Of a stretch of DNA of 64,000 nt, positions 47,836 through 58,953 are shown in pieces. The position numbers and the translations under genes were made by a program. The notes beneath the pieces are model-generated. The model did no database searches. It was not told the origin of the DNA and worked only from the letters and a program-made list of their open reading frames with translations. The first letter of the stretch is position 1. Each line of letters opens with the position of its first letter. The stretch covers positions 62,001-126,000 of the forward strand of contig JAYWIR010000083.1 in the NCBI GenBank assembly GCA_036172245.1, given 5' to 3'. The DNA comes from Raillietiella orientalis. Its lineage: Eukaryota.

Positions 47836-50800
47836 ACGCGGATGTTAGTATACAAATAAAAAGAACACAAAAAAATATGAAAGACCAGAAGTATTAGAAT
47901 TTGTGGATCAGAATATACGCAAGCCAAAAGGCGAGGAAGCCTTACTACGTGAAGAAACTATTGGCCCGAACTTGTTATGACTTGTAGCACAGGAAAGCTT
48001 TGTCCAGGAGTCAGTGCTTAGGGTGCGAGCTGTTGAGGTCATTGGAAAGCCTGGTGAAAGAATCGGTGGTGGATTTCATTCTGGAGACGGTGTTGCTCCT
48101 TCAGGGGCACCTTGCGAAAAGAGCACTGCACCAAGCATAGATGAGAATTCTAGTTCACTGTCTATTATTCCATAACTTTTTGTGGAGATTTTTTTTTATG
48201 GGCGCTTATATCTTCAAGAGAAAATTGGAGCGTCTTTGAACAAAGTCGCCTAAAGGCAGGGTGTTGGTTCACTTCGAAGCAAGCAAAAGTTGCAAGGAAG
48301 GTTGTTAAATCTCGTTCTTGAGATCGCAAGCGGATGAGAACCACCTGCAGATCTGAATGGGCATCTGCATCGGTCAGATCTCCCGAGAGGTCGAAATATT
48401 TTCTGATAGCTGGATGATGAAAGCGCTGCTGACCTTGTCGAGCGAACTCCCTTTCAAACAAAAAAGATAGCACGCAGGAATCGAAATTCTAGTGCGGGCT
48501 CATTCCGTGAGAAAGTTCTCCTCCCTTTTCATTCCAAATCTGAGCTGAAAGAGATGCGGAGGATCACGGACGCACTCTCTCCATGGCTTCCTCTCGAACC
48601 AGCACCCAGCTAAACATCCATCGGTGTGTGCTCGCTGAGGTGAAGGAGGAGCATTCTAAGGCAATGAGAGACCACTAACAGATATAAATCCAGGAATGGG
48701 ATTCCAGGGATGACTGATACAGAGTCAAAGGCGCGATATTTTCAAGAGAAACAGAGATACGATATTTGTATCTGATGCACACACAATGGTTGTGTAAAGA
48801 GTCTTCCTCAAAGCCATTACGTATTCATCCCAGCCAGTTCTCAGTTACCCCTTCCTTCTCTGCACTGCTTGTGTGAAAAAAAAAAACACACAAAAAAACA
48901 GAAGTTTCTCATCAGAGAGATTTGCTCTGATAGGGCCGCTTGAAAAGAAAATGGAATTTTTCGAGCCATAAACAAAAGAAGTTCAGAAAATCTTAGCAAT
49001 GCATTTATCTTCTGACTCTTTCGAAACTATTATAGAACTTCCGTTGGAGCGTAGTTTACGCCTCAAGAATCAGGAAAAAAAACACACACACACACACTTG
49101 AAAAAGAAAAAAAGGGAAATGTGCTTAGGCGAGAAAAAATGACTTCTCAGTAAATTGACTGGTGATGAATATCCGTAGTCAACCTGAAAATCACGCTGTC
49201 ACAACTCCTAGATTGGAGGGTATAGCACGCTCTCAAGAGGCAGTTGAATCCACTGAAGAGTATGATGGAGGATGAAACTCCCTGAATGTGCAGTTTAATA
49301 GATAAAGGACAGACCCAACGTGACCCGTTTTCGCAGCGAATGACCAGCATCTCGTATCCACGCGCAACCATTTGGCACTCAGTGCCTACGGAACACTGTA
49401 AAGTCCATCGATTCAAAACTACGAACGCTCAAGACAAAAACCTTGAGTGAGCTTCCCTCCGAGCGCCCCTCGTACTTAAAATCCATCCTGACCCGTGGAA
49501 TTTTTCATCTCATTCCTCAATGACCATTTGTTAAATAGCTTTTTGCCACTTATTTCTTTCTAGAAGACCCCAGACCAAGGAGTTCTCGTTCTTCGTCAAA
49601 TGCCGGTCCACGCACGTCCATGAATCGCTGGAAGCGGCGGAGGAAGACTATTTCTCGGAAAACGAAGAAGAGCAACAGCAATTTTTTTCAGAGCACGTGA
49701 AAATTCAAAAGCATTCGTTACATATGGGAAAGAGCTATTTCCTCAAGGATGAATCCTGAAAAGATTCCAATGCTCCTACCTGACGTTCAGGCTAGAGGAC
49801 CGTTTCAGACAGCTTCCTGGTCCGAAGACATCAAGAAAACGAGAAGATTGCTTTTTGCGCTAGGAAGAGAGCAACCCACCGTGAGTCCACATTAAATATC
49901 AAAATTAACCTGCCGTGCAGCTTTGAGAAAACGAGATTCGCAGCCACTTTCCAAATCATGATAGAAGAGGCCAGTCAGTGGCTGCACAGATGTCTGGAGT
50001 TTGGCTATCCTCAAAGTATCGTTTATTGATCTGTATCACAGTTGTTTCGCTGAAGGAAACTGCGATGGTATCACAACGGCGGCATAGGAAGAACACTTTG
50101 CCATCCTCCTACATTCTTTGCAGCAGTATCCGTAGCAGCGCTGACCTTTACGGTCCCTCAGCCATTTATTTCAAGTACCGAATCGTTCGTCGCCTCTTTG
50201 AGAGTCAGCATCCTTGATGGTCCATTATTGGTTACGGTCTCTTCTTTCTGGAATCCAGGAACGGAATCTTTCGTTCAGGAGTTCTAATACCGGACTGCTG
50301 TAAATCTCCCTGAACCCCCTACAGCTGCCTCCATTTCTCCAGAATCAAAAACTGGCACCTCTTCAAGCACTGAGGAGGCTACCTGGTGAGACCAACTCCA
50401 GCCACATCAAACCATGCATCACCATCATTCAGGCAGCTGGTAGGTGTTTAAAAGAGCCGTTGTGAATTTGTAACACTATTAGCCGAGTGCACCTATCTTC
50501 TCCAAATGCGTCCCATTCATCACTTCGTGAGAAATGTCACATCAACGGAGAGGCATTCTTTTGTGTAGTGAACTAAAAGCAGTCGAAAACTGAGGATGTG
50601 CTACCATTTTTATGATTCTCTCGGATTTTCAAGTCATCTCAATACGGGCGATTTGTGAAATTCGGGTGGCATAACTGAATCACCACTGACCTTTCAATTT
50701 GCACGATGACGAAGAACTCTTCGATGGAAAATTATGGCGAAGCTTTCAAACTACTGCTGAGAAAGAGTGCAGTGCTTTCAGTTCCATTTATAAGCAATCC

Positions 50801-53800
50801 ATCTGATAGAAAGATATGAATCTTCGTCTCATCTGTCTTTCTAGGGAATCGTCCGTCAACTCTTTCTTCGACACGATGTCTGGCTTTAGGAAACACAGCT
50901 TCCTCCTCCTCCTTTGGATCTCTCAAAAATCAAACTGAAATGCTCAATCACTTTCTGTTTTCTCGGGTGGATGTTTCGTGCAGAAAGCACCAAAACCATC
51001 TTCCATGCAAGCATCGTGGAAGTGCGAGGAGCATTTCAAAACGAAAAGCCGATAGGATATAAGGAAAGAACAAATGAGAGGAACAAAACTGTGTTCGTGG
51101 TTCTGAACACATACATCGCCACGTCCCTTTACTCTGCTGACGCCATTTTTTCCCCTAACACTTTGGACACCGTGGAGGAAGCCTTTTTGAATGCTTCTGC
51201 ATGAAATCCCGCCGCCTGGGCGTTCAGTTCAGCAGCCCTGCAGTTTTCCACTCCCTGAGTCCCCCCTCGAATCGTTGAGCCAATTCTGGAGGAGCAGCAA
51301 GGAAGACGTGGTAGTCACGAACATTCGAGAAAGTTAGTTGATACTAATGAAGGAAACAAACAGTGTTTTCCTTTAGGCGAGCAGCATTTTAGGAAGTATC
51401 CTCGTGCGATGCTGCATCTTGCTCTCGGCATGTATTTCGAGTTCATCCCATTTGAACTCTTTGGTGTTGGCATTGTGTTGGCTGAAGCACACGGATTGGA
51501 ATGGATGCCTCAGCAAACAGAGAATTCGGATGCCTGGAAAAGCTGAAATTGGCAACACGAACTTGTCGACTGCCTCAGGCCATCTGTCGGAAGAAATGCC
51601 AAAAACTAATCAGAAAGTTCCGATAACAATTTAATTACTTCGTTTCCCATTTCGAAGGTGAGCTGCGATCTTCTTATAGGTTCCAACGAGCTTCGCCTCA
51701 CGCGAAGTGAAATTCCACTTCGCTTCAGGCAAATGGGAAAGAAGCCATGTTGTCTTCGGCCACTAAACGTGAGGTGACGGGGAATTCTTCAAAGCGTGAT
51801 CTGACAGTGCTTCTTTATGCCATCTTGGCATTGCTCCGCGTCCTTCTTCTTCGTTCTTCTTGCCTTGGGGCTGCGCCTGGCGAAGTCGAGATGGCAAAAT
51901 TGGAACAAGTAGCGTTTCTAGACATGGTGCTGGCAAAGTGCTCTGTAATAGGAAGACGCGAAGTGATTCGACAAGCCTTCGTGGATTCTGCAAAGCACGA
52001 AAACGAAAGGAAATGCAGGACAGTGTAATGTTAATCAGTCAACCACCACTGCTGTTTGGGGGAAAGCAAAGAGCTGAGTCGACTGAACTCCCCTGTGAGC
52101 GTGGGCATCAAAGCATGCCAGTGTCAACCCGCGCCAGCGGCCGACCCTTCAGCGACGACTTCATTCTCAGGCTGGAAACGGATCCGCAAATTCACAATCC
52201 ATTTTCTAGGAGAGAATACCGGAGAGTAGGCAGCTTTTGTGTCGGATGCTGCGCCTAATTAGTGCTTCTCATCAGTGCATGCAGCCAAAAATCGCCTAGG
52301 GCACATTCAGACTCTCCATAGCTGATGGTCCAAATGGTTCATTGCTCTTGAGGTTTCCTTGTCTGATTGCCAGAAATTAAGGTATTCTCAAGAGATCACG
52401 CCATTTTGAATGCTCATTGTTTCCCACATTCAGTCAAAACGTACATTCAACATGAAGGCTCATATGCGAATCTCCCCGTTAGCTTCTCGTAAAAAGGCAT
52501 GCCCAATGATAGAAAAGCACGGTACACATGACGGAATTCCGTTCATCTGAGATGCTGCTTTGGCACTGTAGGACGAAAAGAAAGAGGATCGTGGAATTTT
52601 TTTGTGTATACGTAGCAGGCTAGGGAATTCTAATTTACCAGTCTTCAACTCCCTCGCACTTCAATACCAGAAAAAACAAACCTTTCGGAAAGTAGATTAC
52701 CCAACTTGAGATGGCACTAGAGTACCTAATTCTGTTTTATAAACAGTAGCTTATCAAAATTTTAGGAGCATCGTCTAAAGAAAGCTTATGCATTGCAACT
52801 GAGTGAGTGTGATGGTTGCTCGGAATAAAAGATGAGGGTGGCAATGCAGTGGCAGTAGCCACGGGCCAGCAGCATCTCCGATCAAGGTAAAGCCACTCTT
52901 GAAAGCAGGGATGCTGCATAGTGAGGCCTCTGCTTCCGTTCAGCAGAGTAAGAAGGACCCACTGCCAAGGGTCCTTCATTGACCCCCTTCCAATCCAAAG
53001 AGTTTCCTACACCCAAAGATCCGAGACGTCTTTATACTTAGGGTTTGGTAAGCTTATCTGAAAATCCACCAGCTGCAGTTGGTGACAGCTATCCAGCCTC
53101 AATTTCGAGCATTAGGCGACAGAGAAGTTGGAAAACTCTGATGCCAAAAAATCGGTTATGATACTTGGGCTTTTTCCTCGTTCCAAGGAAAACTGAGAAG
53201 TGCTGCTGCTTCTTTCTTTTCCTCCGTGTTTTATTCGCCATACCAGCAATATCAGCTCCTATTCTCCCTTCATGTCATTTCCCTCACCGTTCTTTCTTTC
53301 GCCCAGACGATCTCGTTTTGTGTGCCCATCTTGTGGATTCAGTGGATTGAACATGTCTGAAACGACATAGCTCAACCGAACAGTGGCACATGCACTGCGT
53401 TAGACACAAAGGTGGACATCACAAAGAGATATCACGTAAGTGGAGAGCAGACCGCCTCGGAGGGTGTCGAAATAGGGAAGGATCATCAGATTCAGAGAGA
53501 GGTTGGTGGAGATCAGTCAGGGATTCTTACTGTTTTTTTCCCCCACTGTGTGAGAACCGTCAGTCAACCGGCTCTGCACTATTGCGAGCCAGTCAGTTTC
53601 TGTGCATTGAGATTTCTAGAAATGTGTTCAGTTTCTCCTTTAGCCTGAAATTTGTCAGAAACCTCTTCTGCTTTTTTTTGGACAGCAAGCGTATGAGATT
53701 CGCTTCTGTTTCCACCGGGAGACCCTTATTTGAAGGGGCTCACCCCCTTCCTTCTAGAACAATTGCTGAAAGCGAGACGCTGCCAAAGGAAGAACATCAG

Positions 53801-55462
53801 CTTGAACTCCCCAAACGATCTTTTTGTTTTTCTGTGGTAACCCGACCTAACCTATGTACCCTTTTGGAATGTCACTTTCATTCTTCTACAAGTGCCTTTG
53901 TATTCTGGAATGAAGGAGTTCAAAAATGAAATAGCCATCCAAAATCACAGTCACGTGATCTTCGAAGAAATTTTTCCAATCTCGTGGACTACCTTCTGGA
54001 AAATAGTGAATCCTTTTTTCACGGTCTTATAAATGGTTGTCAGTGACTTTTTGAGATCCGACTCCTTCTATATAGTATATCGAAAAACCCCAGTTTTTTT
54101 TACTTCTTGTTACATAAGTTTCTCTTCAACTTGCACAAAGTTTTATTGCGTTAACAATATTCAAACGCTTCATTAGAGAGGATCTAAGTCATTACTGGAA
54201 CCAGTAGGAATCGGCATCAAAGTATGTTGATTCACATTGTAAACATGTGAACAGTATGGATTTTTACTTTGCTACTTTATCTAATAGAGCATTCTTCCAA
54301 ATTTAAAATATTACACTTCCTTTATGATACGAATGAAAGTCAAAGGTGGCTCTGCTAGGTGTAATTGGCTATTTTGCTTTCCATCCTGTTTTCTGAGGAT
54401 GTTGGGTGTTATCCACACATTTGGAGAATATACATACATATATTACAGCTTTATGGGGAACCTGCAATTAGCAAAAAGCCTATTTGTATGTGCTTCCCTA
54501 GTTGCGAAGCACCGACAAACTCCTTAAGAAACTTTGACATATCGCTATGACTGACTGCTCCCGTTCTTTGAAAAATGACTTTGTAGAATATTGCATATCA
54601 TCTAGTATGTTTATGGTTACTTCTCGATTTGTATGTGTTCGCAACCACTTCATGGTTGAAAGTTCATAATTGAGTAAAGCGACCATTTCAAGAAACACAA
54701 GTCCCATTTGTCCTTCCAAGAATCCATTGGTTTCCACGGGAAAGCAGAAAGCTTTTAGGTTTCACTTGCAGTCGGTTAGGTCCCATTTATCCCGAGGAAA
54801 CAACTTCGACATTCCGTGTTCTTAGCCGAGTATTGTTCTCTGGGAGCTTTGGTTCATGCATTCGTTGGACATCGGGAACACTTGCAGGCCCTGCTATTGG
54901 GGGCGCGATCCGGCGTGCGTGTCACGTGTGTGCCACTTTGTGGGGTGCGTGCGAAGGGTGGGCGATGAATGAATGTTTGGTGTCAGGGAACGTCCGACCC
55001 GTCACACAATGTTCAGTTGCCAGCACCCCATCCGACTGTTTGAGAATGTGCTTTCGCCGCAGAAGTTTCTCCACTTGGACTAATGAGGTTACTGTCAAAA
55101 TATTGAATTTGGTGCGAGTGCCCTCCTGATGCATCAAGCTTTCATTAGTATCCGATGATCATACCCATTTTCGCCACATTTTGAAACGTTATCAGCACTT
55201 GTTAAGTTTAGCTATGTTTAAAAATTTTTTTTTCACTTGTCAAAAAAACAAAATTTTGTTTTAATACCGTCACATTTATTCATTCACGTTCAAATTTATT
55301 CCAACTTTAGTTCCCATCTAAAGTTGAAATTGACCCCCTTAATTCTGTAAAGCCTTGGATGTAGAAGGTTTATTGAATACAACTGATGAAATCAAATGCA
55401 ATGAAATCTAGAGGAATTATCATGTTTGAATCGGTGTAACATAGTGGGTTACAATTGTATGG

Positions 55463-57151
55463 ATGACAGGAAAACAGCATCATTCAAACAAGAACATGTC
55501 TCTGTTTATGGAGTTTAACTCGATTGACGATTGCAGGATCCATACTGATATAAATCACATAACCCTGTTGTGTTGCTTAGCACATTTGCGAAATGTGTCT
55601 GCCAAATTAATTGCTATAATAAAACCTTTGAATGTTATAGAAAATGTAGCACTTAAATTGGATGAACTTACACACAGTATTGAATACATATCTCCGAAGG
55701 AGGTACCAGAAACTGTGCAAAACTGCAAGCTACCGTGTCTGTATCATGCACATAAACAGTTATGCATTTGTGGTCTAGGAAGCATTTTACGAGCCTTGCT
55801 GCAACCACCAATCCCTCAGGTTCTTCACCCCCTAGCTGACTTATTAGGTTATCGTGGAAACTGCCTAAGGCAGTGCGCAGAAAAATCTCCGTGGACTAAT
55901 TTCTGTATAAATCAGTTTCCAGCAGATGTCAAGCTTTGGTGGACACAAGACAAGTGCAAGCTGCCCTCATCTGTCATGTGGTTTGAGGAGAAGCTTGCCA
56001 ACCACATTGATGCTAAACGTTCAAAAGGATTGCCTCTTGTTCATGAATATAAAGTGAACCAACAGACTATACTCATGTGGGAACATCAGATAGCCAGAAT
56101 AACTGAAAAACTGTCAATTTTTCCTTCAAAAAGATTTGCAGAAGGCATACATCCATCACTGGTCGATCTTGTGCTTTTGCCATTATATCATTTAGTCCTG
56201 ACTCGATTAGGAACTTGTCATTTGGTTGCATTATCTGTGCTTCTGCCTTACACCCTATGCTGGTACCGAGAAATGCTTAAGTATGCTCCCCAAGCATGGG
56301 TACACATGTGTATAAGTCAATCAGTGAGTGCAGGAACTCTTTCAATAGATACACCTCAAACCCAGAGCATTCACAGACATAGCAGAAAGAGTGACGTGGA
56401 TAGAATAGGTGCAATTCTAAAGAATGAGCACTTCCTTCCCCTTCCAGAAGTTGAGCAAATTGTAGTGCCATCAACACTGACTGCTGCATTGTTATCTGTG
56501 AAAGAGCTTTCCAAATATGTGCCATCAGAAGAGAAATGGCAGCAGACATTGGGAATGTTAACTGAAGTGAATCGCATTATTTCCTCAGGTGATACAGTGG
56601 TTGATTTTTGTGCTGGTTCAGGGCATGTTGGCACTGCTTTGGCAGCTTTGCGACCTGACTGCCATGTGATACTGCTGGAAAACAAAGAAGTATCAATGCA
56701 ACGTGCAATATGGCAGGCAAAGGCACTTGGGTTGTCGAACATCACCTACTATCAGGGGAACTTACTTCAGTTTTGTGGTAAATTTCAAGTGGGTGTAGCT
56801 TTACATGCCTGTGGAGTAGCTACCGACTTGGCTCTAAGCCTTTGTTTGCATCATCGTGCTTCATTTGTGCTGTGCCCTTGCTGTTATGGTTCCATGCGCC
56901 CATTTTCTTCGGTTACTTACCCTCAAAGTAACTTTTTTCTGACTACAAACATATTGCCTGGGGACTTTCAGTTGCTGTGTGCGATTGCCGATAATTTGCA
57001 AATGGGGCATGAAGCCATGACACTTGTTGATGTTGACCGCCTGCAGTTAGCGAAAGAAAAAGGATATGAAGTGTGGCTGCAGCAACTACATTCCTTAGCC
57101 TCCACATCTCGCAACCACTTGCTGGTTGGAGCACCTAGGAAGTACTGTTAG
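55463..57151 (+). CDS. GSTCD: Glutathione S-transferase C-terminal domain-containing protein (GST-C-like plus C-terminal SAM-dependent methyltransferase-like domain), uninterrupted 562-aa ORF
   Basis: Long ORF in AT-rich DNA with GLGSILR, LLGYRGNCL...S.WT.FC, SLVDLVLLP, VVDFCAGSGHVG, VILLENKE.S, VGVALHACGVATD, FVLCPCCYG..YP.S, M.LVD.DR and S.N.LLVG. The start could be 55463 or 55496. Confidence 0.93.
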   Translation: MTGKQHHSNKNMSLFMEFNSIDDCRIHTDINHITLLCCLAHLRNVSAKLIAIIKPLNVIENVALKLDELTHSIEYISPKEVPETVQNCKLPCLYHAHKQLCICGLGSILRALLQPPIPQVLHPLADLLGYRGNCLRQCAEKSPWTNFCINQFPADVKLWWTQDKCKLPSSVMWFEEKLANHIDAKRSKGLPLVHEYKVNQQTILMWEHQIARITEKLSIFPSKRFAEGIHPSLVDLVLLPLYHLVLTRLGTCHLVALSVLLPYTLCWYREMLKYAPQAWVHMCISQSVSAGTLSIDTPQTQSIHRHSRKSDVDRIGAILKNEHFLPLPEVEQIVVPSTLTAALLSVKELSKYVPSEEKWQQTLGMLTEVNRIISSGDTVVDFCAGSGHVGTALAALRPDCHVILLENKEVSMQRAIWQAKALGLSNITYYQGNLLQFCGKFQVGVALHACGVATDLALSLCLHHRASFVLCPCCYGSMRPFSSVTYPQSNFFLTTNILPGDFQLLCAIADNLQMGHEAMTLVDVDRLQLAKEKGYEVWLQQLHSLASTSRNHLLVGAPRKYC

Positions 57152-57198
57152 CCAATGTGCTAACCAATTTGTTTTTTAAAAATACTGCAACACTTTGA

Positions 57199-57664
57199 TT
57201 AAGTGGCATGATGTGCCATGTAGAGGAACTTTCTATTTAAAGTACTGATCCACAGTGCAATTACAATGGCCAGCAGAAAAGCAGGTACCAGAACACCAAC
57301 AAAATGTAGTTCAGAAAAGTGATACCATAAATGATACCGGAAATCATCCCATGGAGAAGGAAGAACTGGAATTGTGTTTTTGGACACATTAGAGCTATTT
57401 TTCAATAACTCATATTCAGTGGTGCTTCTTTCAGATGAACTCATGCTGCTGCCAGTAGAACTTGAGGAGACTTGTGAAGCACTACACTGGATGTTGTTCG
57501 ACAGGCAGAGTTGGCTTGTACTCTTTCCTTGGTCCAATACATTTGTTCTCCAGCTGCAAGCTTTGAGAAGCTCCCACTCCGTCTTGCCAATGTATTGGAA
57601 ATGACAGGTGGCCCAGAAACAATTTCCTGTCTTCACACATGGAGCCTTGGTAGCAGATTCCAAT
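57199..57664 (-). CDS. FRMD5/3-like exon 7 (FA-like region, Ser-rich linker, TM helix, stop)
   Basis: FW..CHFQYIGKTEWELL (FA-like F.YSGR) and hydrophobic FVGVLVPAFLLAIVIALWI near the C-terminus; TAA at 57201-57199. Confidence 0.88.
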
Positions 57665-57715
57665 CTAAATGCCAACTCTTATCACACCTGCTGTTTCAAC
57701 TGACCCACAACATAC

Positions 57716-57966
57716 GTATAAAAGAGTTGTGCTTCTGCAGTGTAGCGCCACAGAAGATGGCTGCTCTTTTTGTCTACACATTTGAATCCCAGTGCTGTTT
57801 GCCTCCCTTTTCGTGTTCGTTGGGTCACATGCACAATGAACATACGTCCTTCATATGTCATGTTGCTGATGTCTGTCCACAAAAAGTGATGACAGCGATT
57901 GCATCCAACAAAGGTGCTGATGCCCTTTGGACCTACTCCCAGCAACACAACGTTTTGCTGATAATC
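57716..57966 (-). CDS. FRMD5/3-like exon 6 (FERM C-lobe)
   Basis: LLGVGPKGISTF...FLWTDISNMTYEGRMFIVHV...GFKC...LWRYTAEAQLFY; tag acceptor, gtatgt donor. Confidence 0.95.
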
Positions 57967-58011
57967 CTACTTTGGGTAGTTTGTAACATTGCATGTCATT
58001 ACTTGTCTCAC

Positions 58012-58217
58012 CTTGACTGTACTCAACTGAACACCATAACTGTCCAAGGAGGAAGCAGTCTGCAGAGCAAGGAGTTGTGTGTGCTCTGCTGTGAGTCCAT
58101 TACAGTTGCGATGAAGAAGCAAAATTTCTTTTTCCAACTGCAACTCATAGGGCAACGAAAATAAATCAGAGATATAGCTTTCTGGATAAGGAGCTGATGT
58201 GTAATCTCCAACCTCAG
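58012..58217 (-). CDS. FRMD5/3-like exon 5 (FERM M-lobe)
   Basis: AEVGDY...LEKEILLLH...GLT...LQTASSLDSYGV..VK; cag acceptor, gtgaga donor. Confidence 0.95.
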
Positions 58218-58263
58218 CTGTTGTATTCTAGGGATTTCTAAATAAGTAAGGACTACTGTTTAC

Positions 58264-58437
58264 CTTGCAAAATATATGCACAAAGACTAGCCATCTCCTG
58301 CAAAGAACAAAACAAGCGACCTCTGAGCAAATCGCGTTTCAGTTGTAAAAACAACTGATAACGCACTTCCTGTGAGAGGAGGTAAGGTTTCCTTGGATAA
58401 AACTTGATTCGAAAAGACAACAGAATAGGATTTCGAT
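58264..58437 (-). CDS. FRMD5/3-like exon 4
   Basis: PILLSFRIKFYP...RYQLFLQLKRDLLRGRLFC...AYILQ; the QLKRDL..GRL.C pattern is FRMD3/5-type. Confidence 0.95.
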
Positions 58438-58640
58438 CTATCAATGTTGCAAATCACAATTATAACATGTACTTGAAATAAATGCCCAATTTTCACAAAC
58501 AGACTTTTGATCAATCAATGGAAATATAAGAGATTAAGTGGCATAACCAACAACAAGCTACACATTAATGTGAGTGCTTCATGCTACCTGATGCATCTTT
58601 AACATGCAACTTTTTTAATTTTAATTCTCAAATAACCAAC

Positions 58641-58683
58641 CTTTAACTTGGCCCAAAATGTACTTGTTCCGGTCCAACCACAA
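58641..58683 (-). CDS. FRMD5/3-like exon 3
   Basis: LWLDRNKYILGQVK (the FERM WL...K.I..Q motif); phases consistent. Confidence 0.88.
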
Positions 58684-58728
58684 CTAATAATACAAACAAT
58701 TGGTGGTGATTTTATGACCTCATCCTAC

Positions 58729-58827
58729 CATTCGATGACGGCCGTAGCGTAAACCAAAAAAGTCTTTTTCCTGGATATTTAGCTTTGCCGACATCTGGTC
58801 CAACAAATATTGGCCTTTGTGATGACT
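58729..58827 (-). CDS. FRMD5/3-like exon 2 (FERM N-lobe)
   Basis: SHHKGQYLLDQMSAKLNIQEKDFFGLRY; AG/GT borders; 45-nt introns on both sides. Confidence 0.92.
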
Positions 58828-58872
58828 CTACGAGAACCTACTGATTGCATGTTCCTTGGAATAGAGACTTAC

Positions 58873-58953
58873 CTGGAAGAACACGGAGTGAACAACTTCA
58901 TCGGCTGTTTGGATGTTGCACCTGTGTTTCGGTATTAAGTGTCCCTGTTCCAT
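58873..58953 (-). CDS. FRMD5/FRMD3-like FERM-FA protein with C-terminal TM helix, coding exon 1 of 7 (spliced CDS 1320 nt, 439 aa)
   Basis: ATG at 58953 with an in-frame upstream stop; MEQGHLIPKHRCNIQTADEVVHSVFFQ; gtaagt donor. Confidence 0.8.

Noticed and set aside
50323..50385. Candidate Dpr exon after exon D (ctacag...gtgaga; AASISPESKTGTSSSTEEAT)
   Set aside because: The entry phase fits, but I found no continuation giving a Dpr-like hydrophobic tail, so it is unsupported without RNA data.
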